Both the position numbers and the translations under genes were made by a program. From Paraphysomonas bandaiensis (Eukaryota; Protista; Chrysophyceae): 64,000 nt of DNA. Location of the stretch: contig CBFFRP010000218.1 of NCBI GenBank assembly GCA_965644295.1, positions 124,001 to 188,000 on the forward strand, given 5' to 3'. Under the pieces are notes generated by a model. That model worked only from the letters and a program-made list of their open reading frames with translations, did not search any database and had not been told where the DNA came from. Shown piece by piece: positions 23,388 to 35,100 of this stretch; position 1 is the first letter of the stretch; each line of letters begins with the position of its first letter.

Positions 23388-24255
23388 CTACAATACTACA
23401 CTAGGATTTTGAAATGAATTTGATGGATTACTCCCACATGAATCTGATGAGTTGCTGCTCTGTGGTGTACTTGTGGTGGACATTTGCAGCGGGGTACCAG
23501 GAGTAGTATTCTGTGATGAACCACGATTTCCCATCATGAACATCATCATCTGCATCATCTGCTGATTTTGTTGCTGCATCATCTGCTGATTTTGTTGCTG
23601 CATCATCTGCATGCAAGATAATAAGACGTTTGTATTATTGCTACCTTGCAACCCGTCCACGCAAGTCTTAATTGCTTTCGAGACGGAAGTTCTAGCCGAG
23701 ATGCCATTTCGGCAGTTCTTCGACTTTTCGGTTCTACGTTTCTTCTGTGGAGGCTCGGCAACTGGTTCGTTGTTTACTGGTTGGTCAGCAATTTCGTCAT
23801 TATGCTCGTCGTCGGAGTTGCTTTCCGGTCCTTCGAGATTTCCCATTTCTGGAAACTCCTCCTCAAAATCCAATGGACTGTCAATGTCTGAGTCGTCTCC
23901 ATAGATGCCGACATTTTCCTTGCACAGAATACGTTGATAAATCTCTTGGGCACGACGAGTGGTATCATTCGTCCCACTGTTTCCAGTGGGCTTGCGCCCA
24001 TTGTTGCATAGTTTCTGTATGAAGTATCTCTTCATATCAGGACCTTCACGATCAACAGTCTCTTGGGCAGCAATCTTATATCTGTACAACTGATAAATAT
24101 AACTATTCAGTGTATGCACTGCTATCTGACCTCTCTGCCACAGCTACCCAGTCTAGACTAGAAGACGGAAGAATGTCATTGACTATATTCAAGACAATTC
24201 CCTTCTTGTAGTTCGGGACACCTGCCCGTCGACCACTGCTAGATGAAGTTGTCAT
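23388..24255 (-). CDS. Transposon accessory Myb/SANT-like (DUF6818-like) protein; intron 24082-24130
   Basis: GRRAGVPNY..LNIV..ILP...W..VAER|YK...KLCNNGRKPTG; GT-AG intron restores the frame; Q/M-rich tail. Confidence 0.7.
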
Positions 24256-24492
24256 ACTCGACGAATTCCTTACTTTACTATTTTAAAAATATCCACTCCA
24301 TATGTCTCACTCATCACTGCAAGAGACTTCACTATTTTTAAAATTCAAATATGCATGAAATCTGCAATGGCCATTTTATTATTTATGTATTTATGCAATT
24401 AAGGAAGTCACACCCTGCATAAATACCCAGATTTCTATAATCCCAGATTTTTTATGCATTTATGTGTTTGTGCAATTTAGGTAGTCACCCAC

Positions 24493-25068
24493 TACATACA
24501 TACATACATACCTACATACATACATACATACATACATACATACATACATACATACATACATACATACATACATACATACATACATACATACATACATACA
24601 TACATACATACATACATACATACATACATACATACATACATACATACATACATACATACATACATACATACATACATACATACATACATACATACATACA
24701 TACATACATACATACATACATACATACATACATACATACATACATACATACATACATACATACATACATACATACATACATACATACATACATACATACA
24801 TACATACATACATACATACATACATACATACATACATACATACATACATACATACATACATACATACATACATACATACATACATACATACATACATACA
24901 TACATACATACATACATACATACATACATACATACATACATACATACATACATACATACATACATACATACATACATACATACATACATACATACATACA
25001 TACATACATACATACATACATACATACATACATACATACATACATACATACATACATACATACATACA
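24493..25068. repeat. (TACA)n microsatellite
   Basis: About 575 bp, nearly perfect. Confidence 0.98.
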
Positions 25069-25216
25069 CCCCTCTGTAGAAACATCTGTGTATATGTGTG
25101 TATCTATGTATGTATCTGTGTATATGTATGTATATCTTGTTATGTGTGTATGTATCTATATGTATGTTCATATATAAGCCTCACTCTAACATTAACACAC
25201 AAACATCTCTAATCTC

Positions 25217-27597
25217 ATGCATTTCTATCTCACTTCTCTTCTAACCCTCCTATGGACTGTACATGCCCATAGCACCGCATTGGACGGTAACTTTCTCATG
25301 TGTTTCACTGTAGTTTAACTAACATATGAATATATACGTAGATTATGTATGGCGTCAAGATGATAACTATGGATGGGTATGTACCGACCGGATTATATAG
25401 AGAATTCACGTATCTTATCTACATACAGGTAGATATGGGTGAAGAATGGATACTTCATGGACATAATATTGACCAGTCACATTCATGGACGAGTTATACA
25501 CTGAATTTAACATCACAAAAATGGTTAAATGATTCGGATTATTCACCTAATTCAGAGGCGAAATCGATATGGTAATACACTGTATTAGTGTATACTCTTT
25601 TTGTCTCTATATTATTAAGTTTTGTATTATTACTTGGATGGTATTTTTAGTTGATGTGTTAGTTTTGTTTATTAGATTTTTAGTTTTTTTGTTAATTTTG
25701 TTATTAGTTTTTGTATTAGTTTTTATGTTAATTGTTATTAGTTTTTGTATTAGTTTGTTAGTTTTATGCTAGTTCGTGTATTCGTTTATGTGTTAGTTTG
25801 TTACTTTGTTAGTTTTATGTTACTTTATTTGTCAGTTTGCTTAGTAGCGTATATGTTAATTTGTTGTTATTATATTAGTTTAATTAGCACCACTGTGTAT
25901 TGTTTAAGTAAAGCTACGAAGAGGAATCTTATCTTATTATCAGGTGGCATATGTTAGTGGTTATTGTGCCGGATACGATTAAATGGAAGAACAATGGTAC
26001 GTTATGGATAACAGGCCATGGTATGGGGTATCGCCCCACTAGCAACCGTGATGAAGATATCGCCCTTGCGGCGTCTTTAGCAATGGGCGTGGGGACTGTT
26101 ACCGGTGTGCTCTTCCAGGTAATAATCCTGCTTGGATATTTGGAGGATTTATATTAATAATGCGTGTTTGTATTTACGTTTAGGTTCCGAATGAGGACAT
26201 TACCTTCTCGGCAGATGCTTTGCAGATGTCACGTGGAGAGGATGAAATCATTGCATTCACTTGGTCCTGCTTTCTTTATTTTAGTTGTCTCAGTAATAAG
26301 TTGTGTTAGGGATCATTATCTAAAGGACACTTCCCAACCGGACTGGCTGGTCAGATTTCCTATGGTCAAGGCATCTCTGCGAGCGATGGACGCAATAACG
26401 GAGTATATCTCTAAAGTCCACCCTGATTTGGGTGTACAGTTAGACTACTACAGCGTTGCGGGAGCCTCGAAAAGAGGGTGGACAACATGGGATGTTGGGG
26501 CAGTTGATCCTAATCGGTACTCTAATAGTAACTCAGAATATATTACATTACTCATTAACTGTGCTTCATTAGTGTGGTTGCTATAGTTCCTATCGTTCTG
26601 GATGCCATTAATTTCGTCGATGTGAGTGCTATATATATGTTTTATGTGTATACATAATTCATATTGTGCAATTAATTGTCAGGTTGAGCACCACCAATGG
26701 AGATCTTATGGAGGATGGAGCTGGGCACTAAATGACTACTACGAGATGGATATCATGACCCGCCTGGACACACCGGAGATGGAAATGCTGCAGGAACAGG
26801 AAGATCCATTTTACTACAGGGATAGACTCACAATGCCAAAACTAGTTGTCAACGCAGTTCTGGACGAATTTCAGCAGCCCGATGAGTAAGTGTATGTCAA
26901 ATTGTGTTCTTCCTGGTAGTGTTTTATATTAATTACTTTGCTCTTCCTGTTTCACTTTAGTACCCATTATTGGTGGAGCGAGATGCCTAATCCCAAGCAT
27001 TTTATCATGACTCCAAATGCCGAACACTCCGAGGCCACTGGTATTCTGGAAATCGTCCCTGCGATTGGCACATGGCTGGAGTATCTGCTGCACGATCAAA
27101 AAGTTCCTACATTTACTTGGTCCATTAATGCTTCTACGGGTGAAATTGTTGCCACACTTGATGGAGAAGGCGATGTGCACAAGGCGTCAATGTGGTGGGC
27201 GTACAGCTGTGGTAATAACCCAGATGGTGTCAAACGCCGTGATTTCAGAATTATGAGCCTGGATGATCCTTGTGAATGTGGAGTTGCATCTGATGGGTAC
27301 TGTGTCAACCTTAAATCTTTCTGGACGGAAGAGGAGCTTGTGGCCCATGTTGATGCTGATGGGGTGCGTACTTATCGTGCCAGTATTGATGCGCCAGCTG
27401 ATGGGAGGTATGCGGCTTTTTTTATCGACATTAAATACGAAAAAATTGACTTTGCGTACAAACCTCATGACCGTGTGGAAGGTATACCTTATGACAAGCC
27501 TGGACAGCTTGAGTTCACCACCGAAGTATCAGTGTGGCCGAATACTTTTCCTTATGATTCTTGTGAAGGAGAAGCATGTGCCGGTGAACTTCTATAG
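25217..27597 (+). CDS. PqaA / AprA-family secreted alpha/beta-hydrolase-like protein (multi-exon)
   Basis: Signal-peptide-like MHFYLTSLLTLLWTVHA; LNLTSQKW, FPMVKASLRAMD, VAGASKRGWTTW, DPFYYRDRLTMPKLVVNA..DEF.QPD, PNAEH. Confidence 0.88.
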
Positions 27598-29117
27598 TGA
27601 ATAACTCCCTATATGAAGTATAAAAATATATATTGCTGGAATGGCTAAATTTTTATATTCGTATTACCGTAATGATAAATGAATGAATGAATGAATGAAT
27701 AGCCACTGGCAAGCTATATACGATAATAATAATGTACTCTTCGCGATATATTTTGAAATGCTGTTTTAATCAATTATTGAAAGCATAGAATTTTATCAAT
27801 ATGAATTCTAGTACAGCTTTTAACAAGACAATATGTTCGTAGCACTACACATCGACACAGCATCAAGTATAATCAAATGTGTAACAATGATTAGTTGTAG
27901 ACACGATATAGATTTAGCGAACTCTAAAAAATGCGAGTAAGCTCCGCAAGAAATACCTTTAATGCGCAGTAATCAAGCAAAACTTCAGGGGGGGCTTAGC
28001 ATTGACATGATTGACCGCTCTTTGCTTTTATCTGGCCACCTGCGATCAAGTCAGTTTGGTTCTGACATATTAAGGGCAGTCTAATTCCAAGTGAAATAGA
28101 GCATTCCAAGCCGCTGCAATTGGGAAATATTATTCAACCTAATCATATTGGTTGAATTACCTACTGCAATTACGGGACGATTTGAAATTCTTTCAGTATG
28201 TTTAAATAGAACTACAGAAAGAAGGTGAACATCAGCTCGATCTTCACGACGTTCGTACATTGTTTGACGAACATCATATTCATAGCGCTGCTTTAGAAAA
28301 GACAATCGTGAAGATTCAATGTGGCAACGAAGTCTCACTTACAGACAGGAAAAAAGAATTACAGACATGATGACAGCGAGAGTCTAGTACAAAAGGACAA
28401 CACAGCGCAACGCTTGATTGATGGTAACAGGCAGTGGAAGCGAGCACATCTTATCAAGCAAACTCGATACTGCAGCATGAAGCTCTAGAATTCCACAAGC
28501 AATAAGGTTGACATATTATTCAGTAGAGCTATGATTGTTATGACTGATTCGCGCAAAAGTCTGACCCCTCGGCATTACAGTTGAGCAAGCTATGTTGGCA
28601 GCTAATGTATAATGTATACCTACTTGAGTATACGTGGTTTGTAGTTTGGCATCAATTAATGATAATTCAATTACGATGTTAACTATAATTATTTAGTAGA
28701 CGTGCAAACTACCTGCTGAGAAGAAAAAACAAGAAAAGTGACGGAAGATAATCGACTAGATTATATTATGACACCAAACAAGAAACCAAGTTATGAACTA
28801 TGAACTACAGGTCATAAGTGTGAATATAAAATGACTCTTCAGGTCATATATGTGACACTATGTGAACCAACACCTGAATTAACAAGACTCAACCGTAGTA
28901 CTGTGAAATGTGTCTGTACTTAACGTATCTGCTGTATACTGTGTAATACTGTATAGTCCAGATGTCCAGATGAATACAGTTGAGTATACCACGCATGAAG
29001 GGTTTCATATCTCAATTTATTTATTATGTCTAGTATCAACAATAATATGAAACCTCCATATCAATTAACTTCTTGAGTGTTCCTCAGTGATATTATACCC
29101 CACCATATATAACGGTC

Positions 29118-32100
29118 TCATACTGGTGGGCTCCATGGGTCGTCATTGAATTCACCATTGTCCACGTTATCGTCACTTTCGTAAACAATATCCTTAACAA
29201 CTCGGTTCTGAGATCTAGCTTCACCAATGTTTTTAGACTCAGTCCGCCTGGCCGCTTCCTGTAATTCCTCCAGGTATCTTTGCTTCATATCAACCGCGGA
29301 GGTGTAGTTGGGGAGTTCCTCTCGATCTTCAACTCTTTCTTCTCCCTCGTCATCGTAGTCTAGACTTTCTTCTTCATGAACACGATTATGCTCTTCAGAT
29401 AGTTGCTTCTGTGAATTCGCAATAGTTTCAATGATTTCATCCACTGCACTTTCATCGACAGATTCCAAGCTACTAACACGTCGGTATCGTTCTTCCAATC
29501 GTCTGGTGCTGTGTCTGCGGCTACTTCTGTGATGACGAGATGATGAACTCTCGAGGCGATGAAGCGATGAAGATCGCCTTCGGAAACCATCGCTACTTCT
29601 GCTTCTCCTATATTCGTCGTGACTACTCCGTCGGTGCAGGTCTCGGCTGGAGCTTCTACGATGCCTATCTCGGTGACTACTACTCCTACTCCTCCTATAC
29701 TCGTCATGACTACTCCGCCGGTGCAGATCATGATGGGAGCTCCTGTGATGGCGGTGATGACCACTACTGCTTCTGTGGTAACTATCACGACTGCTTCGGC
29801 GATGTAAGTCACGACTGCTGCGGTGATGCCCATGCGCCCCACTGCTACTGCGCCGATGCAAGTCTCGACTACTGCTACGGTGACTAGAGCGTCTGTGGTG
29901 GCGATCGTCATCGTAGTGACTGCTGCTGCGTCTACGTAGCTCACGTGATGAGCTATGCCGACGACCATAGTCCCTATCCCGAGTACGCGAGGAGGATCGA
30001 CGAATATATCTGTCTGAATCAAAACTCAACTGGCCTTTATCTGAGTAATCATGCTTTTTCTCAGAGGAGGATAGTAACCCAGGAGACATTTCTCTAGGGT
30101 CGACAGACTCCGGAGCCTCAACATCCTTGTGGACTGTGTGACCCATGCCATGCTGTATTATATCTCCATTCTCAAGCATATTTAGTTTCTCAAGGGTCGC
30201 CGCATGGTCATCTTGTTGGATGGCGTTAAAGTCAGATGCTGTATCAAATTTAACACGGACAAAAAGCCCAGAATGTGGAAGTTTTTGAGCGGCGAAATTT
30301 TTTTCCTCTAGCTCTTCGAACAACGTGAGATTTCTGAATCCCTGGCGCAGACATGTCACGGGTATTGAAACAAATGCCTTGCATTCATCGTTCGAAAACA
30401 CCCTTAACGTTAATTGTCCTTGTGTCTTATCTTTCAAAGCAAATGAAAACACCTGAAACGACACGATACATTAGTAAGCGAAGGGCATCAACATATACAG
30501 CACACCTCGTTCCAAAAAGGATTCCTTCCGTGCTTCTTGATACACCGCGTCTTCTGCTGCACTTCATCACAAGGAGTTCCATTCAAATCAACGACTACAT
30601 AGAAGCCCTTATTCCTAGGCTTTCGGTGTCGGCAATGTGAATCAAACTGCAAAACAAAAGTAAGAATAGTACACACATCACTGAGTTGATCTCTACCTCA
30701 GATTCGCGAACACTATTCACTGGATGATGGCTGTCGTCGTCACTAAATCTCCCATCATCGTAATTCATTGACATTGACTTGCTTTGGAGCAAAGGGTTCG
30801 TCATCATCTTGCTTGGAGTGTCATGCATGTGGGAGGCAAGTGCTGTTAGCGAAGATGTAACTGGAAGCTCGTGTCCACTGATAATATGCAGGGTCAAGAC
30901 GTACGGCATTGAGGGCTGACACTCCCTCAGTGTGCGAAGTGCGATAGGCTTCAGGACATACCCACATCCACCGTTCATTCGAAACCGTCCGTGGTTTATC
31001 TTTGTTCCCAGCGATGGATACTGGTGGCACAGTGAAAGGAATGATATACCACTATCCCAGGCAGTAACCATACTTCCATATGAGCCAAACTTTTTGGTAT
31101 TAGAATCCATATAAATAAAACTGCACATAGAGTGAAAAAAATACGTAGAATGAAAAAAATCCTACCAAAACTTCTTCATATTAAATTTAACGAGTGATTC
31201 TTCAGCATCTGGATACTCAGCAATTCGAGCAAGCATATCTCTTAGACTATGACAGCCAACACGCATTCCATGCGAATAGTGAAGTAAACGCATTAAGTTG
31301 GGATGAATCCCACGCGCATTGTCACCAATCCCACTGTGCCTCCTATGTCCCGGTCGCAAGGTCGACTCAACATCAACAATACTATAGTTGCGAGGAACCG
31401 AGCTGTTTTGAGAATTTTCCTCCACTGTATTAAGCTTCGTATTGAGAGCAAAATCTCTTTCGGAGTCATACTCAGCCGCCTTTTCTTCCTTATCCCCGTT
31501 ATAGGGGGCTACCCTGTCGACCATTCTGTTTCCGTTGAGAACGAACGATTCATAAGGAGATGGTGCAGCAGCAGTTTCTGAATTGTCCACTCTATACGCG
31601 GTATGAATATCTTTTTTCCGGTGGGTTAGAAACATAATGACCCTATTACTCAGCTCGGCAGGGGAGGGAAGAAGTTGGTTCTGTACCTCAGAGGGCGTAA
31701 ATATAGCATCACCGAATACTTTTTTAAGTAGTCTGGCGGCACGTTTCTGTTGAGCAATGCCACACGACACTTCAATCATTAGAATAAGAGGGAACTTACT
31801 ATACACAAAGGCAACCCGTTGAATGAATAGTAGAGTTTCTGATAAAAAACATAAAATATATTACCCATAAGATATCCTACTTTACCTTTAAAAAGTGCTC
31901 TCTCTTTTCCACGACTAGACCCGACATATAATTCAGTCTGTTCCCCATCAGGATGGATGCGGTCTTCGAAAATTCGCAACTCAAGCGCCCGACATCCTTG
32001 CTCGATTGCTGTTGAATAGCAGTTCGGTCTATAGTCCTCCTCCAGTAAAGAATTTTCACTTATCTGTCGATAAGGAGTGTCCCCGGTTAGTCCTTCAGAT

Positions 32101-35100
32101 GTCGATATATAGTAGTGTTGGAGTGGATGCGACATGTCCTCATTTGATAGCAAAGATTGCATAGGATCGAACCCATCGTTTTTCTGGCTTGTCATGATAT
32201 TCACGAAACCATTGTAAGATAAGACCGGGAAATCTTCACAATGCATTTCCCCCATCCCCTCCGAAATCATCTTGTGTGCTTCCTCAACCGTTAGTTTTCT
32301 GCCCTGCGAAACTTCCCAGAAGTGCTGAAATGTTGGTACACCAATAACCTCATGTAAAACGGACGTGTCAAACTCGTCATCCACTTCTAAAGGAAATATA
32401 TCACTGGTAAAGTCATGTCCAGCGCGGATTTTATTCCATACAATCTCCAGATCCGGTCTAGAATTAACACATTAAATCTAACATTTTCAGATGACAGGTA
32501 CTAACCGTCGTCGCAGCTGGTATACTAAACTATCGAATTGTGAGAATGTAATTTCATCATGTGTTGAATTGCCAATAGTACTTCGCAATAGCGCCGAGGT
32601 AAAGCTTGCACGATCAAACTGAATACCTAAGTTGGACACGAGCTCTATAACCTCTCTACGAGATAAAAAGCCGCGATGTTTGGTATCCAAAAAATTCCAC
32701 TTTTTTCGTAGCAATTGGCGGTCCAGTCCAGCTTCTTGAATGTCAGCATTAATAAGTTGCAATATAAAGCGCAATCCAGTGAACCAATCTTCAAATGAAT
32801 CATCGTCGGTTGCGCATAAATCAAGTGAACGGAAGCCATAAACCAATGAAAACGATCGAGACGGTGGCATAGGTCCGTGAGATACACCCTTGTAAGCATC
32901 AAAAGGTGGGGTCGACTGTCCAGCTACCAGTCTCCACACCAAACGCAAATCCACTAAAATAAACATAAACGACTACATACCAATGGGCTGCTCACATACC
33001 TTGGCAGTCACTGCTGGGTTTCAGTATGTTTTTCGGTTTCCACTGTAGATAATGAAAGTCAGGGGTAATCACTATCACAGTTTTCCGCACACTTCCATTT
33101 CTTCCAAATTTATAGAAAGGGGTAGCTAAATGCAAGACACATAACAATTTATAATGCGATAAAATAAGTACTTACGCTTCAGCAAGTAGGAAATATCATC
33201 TTCAATAGCTTTCAGAGTGCTTGAAACATACATTTCATACTCTTTACTTCTCGACTGGACCTTTTGTAAGGTATATGGGCTGGCATACTCTCCTCCATAG
33301 ACACTCTCACGACTGAACTCGTCAACTGTTGACTGTCGCTTCGAGAGCACTTTCCGGTAAGGACCCATGTTCCGTTCCGGCTCTCTTTCCTCATAATCCT
33401 GATCATGAGAACCAGGAGATTCCACTGTTTCTAGTTTCCTCTTGAGGCGAGAGTTCTCCGCCTCTAAAGCTTGTATGGTTGCTTGTAACTCCGTAATTTT
33501 TGTGTGGTGGATACGATTCACTGGTGCAGCAAGAGGGTTAAATGACGCTCGTCTAGTTTCCGACCCCAACGAGTGTTGAGAAACAATTGTAGTACATCCC
33601 TTAACAGTTATATCCTCCTGAGGTATGGAGGTGACATTGTTATCTGACTTTTCAATATTAGACTGGTGGACATGGAGTGTATCCGCAGTGAGCGTTTTCG
33701 GTTTCTCTGATGCAGTTATCGACCCGGTGATTTGAATTGGATCAAGGGAGACGCCATCATCATGATCACATCCTCCAACATTTTCTTCGCTATCTTCACG
33801 TAAAGAATCTATATCAATATCAATATTACCCTCGTCCATACGATTACTGTTAGTTGTTCCGAAAGAGCCACATGAATCACGGGAGCTTTCTGGTCTCGTA
33901 GCGATTGCACATCGGTTTCTTACGCTCCTTCCTCTCCACAACGCTTGAAGCTTGGCGACTCGAGAAAAGATAAACTCGTCGCGAGCGTTTTGGGACTCAC
34001 GGATTCGTTCTAGTCGTACCAGGAAGCCACGCATAAGAGACTGTATACGAGTAGCAGCACCTCTTCTCTTCCTCAAATTTATCACTCGCAATTTGGCAAT
34101 AAAGCAACGGACCAAACACTGCAATCGAATCGCAGCCGCTCGTATCGCACCATCACGTAGCCTCCGGTAGAAGTGCAAAATTCGACAACCGATCAATTTC
34201 ACAGCCAGCTGTTGAGCTGCATTTAAATAAAAGTAGGCTACAGCCGTCATCATAACACAGTTGTTCCCAACATAAATGCCGGAAATAATATCGTCCATCG
34301 AATACCCAACACTTTCCTGAACACCCTTCACATTGGCACATTGTGCCTTTAGTTCTGGAAGATACGGAAGAAGCTGCACTAAGCTAGTAGCCACTTCGTT
34401 CCATTCCTTTAAGGATGGGTTGTCCAGTCCATGCGATCGGTAGTCCCATAATGCAGTCAAAAATTGAGATGTCAACTGGTTGGACTTCTTGGCAAGCACA
34501 GCAATAGGGCTATAGCGGTTAACCCAGGACACAGAATCAGCACGGTAAGGGTAAGTCTTCTTGTAAAATGTCAGGATACTATCCAATCCAAAGGGACGTA
34601 TTTGTCGCAAAACTATTTTTTGGTCAAACAAAATTGGATTTTGGGAGTCGTTCGGCTTTATGCATAGCATGAACGACGTGTCCGATGTCTTAGCTTCTGC
34701 TAGAATCTCTGCCATTTGAAGAGAGAAAAGCGACGTCAACGTACACACTTTCACCCCGCCTCTGTTCATAACGGATGAGGAGCGAGCACCCATACCCGGA
34801 CGACTGGGCAGAGGACTTGGGCTGTCTTGTAACAGAGAGGGATGTGCAGACCGGGACCGTAAGAATGAGTCGCGCCGATTTTGAGTCGGGGGAGTGCTGC
34901 TAGCAGCCATTTCAAAGGAGTGGCCACGCAGGCTCGGTGATCGCTCTTGCATCACATTCCGCAGACTAGGAGATCGGGAGTGTCCTCCAAGAAGATTACG
35001 GGAACTGGGCGTTCTGCCAGCCCCAAATGAAGCCCTCGATGGAGACAAATCGAGGGAGGGAGGGGGGGTGAGACCTGATGAGTGAGTCTGGTTAGACAAT

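Larger units (their letters stand above)
22028..24480 (+). mobile_element. PIF/Harbinger-type DNA transposon with two convergent genes
   Basis: 23-bp perfect TIR CTAAATTGCACAAACACATAAAT; DDE transposase plus accessory ORF. Confidence 0.88.

Noticed and set aside
13540-25171. ORFs translating as MYVC/HTYI repeats
   Set aside because: Artefacts of stop-free (TACA)n microsatellites
25569-25957. Hydrophobic ORFs that look like membrane proteins
   Set aside because: T-rich degenerate TTAGTTTT low-complexity intron of the PqaA-like gene
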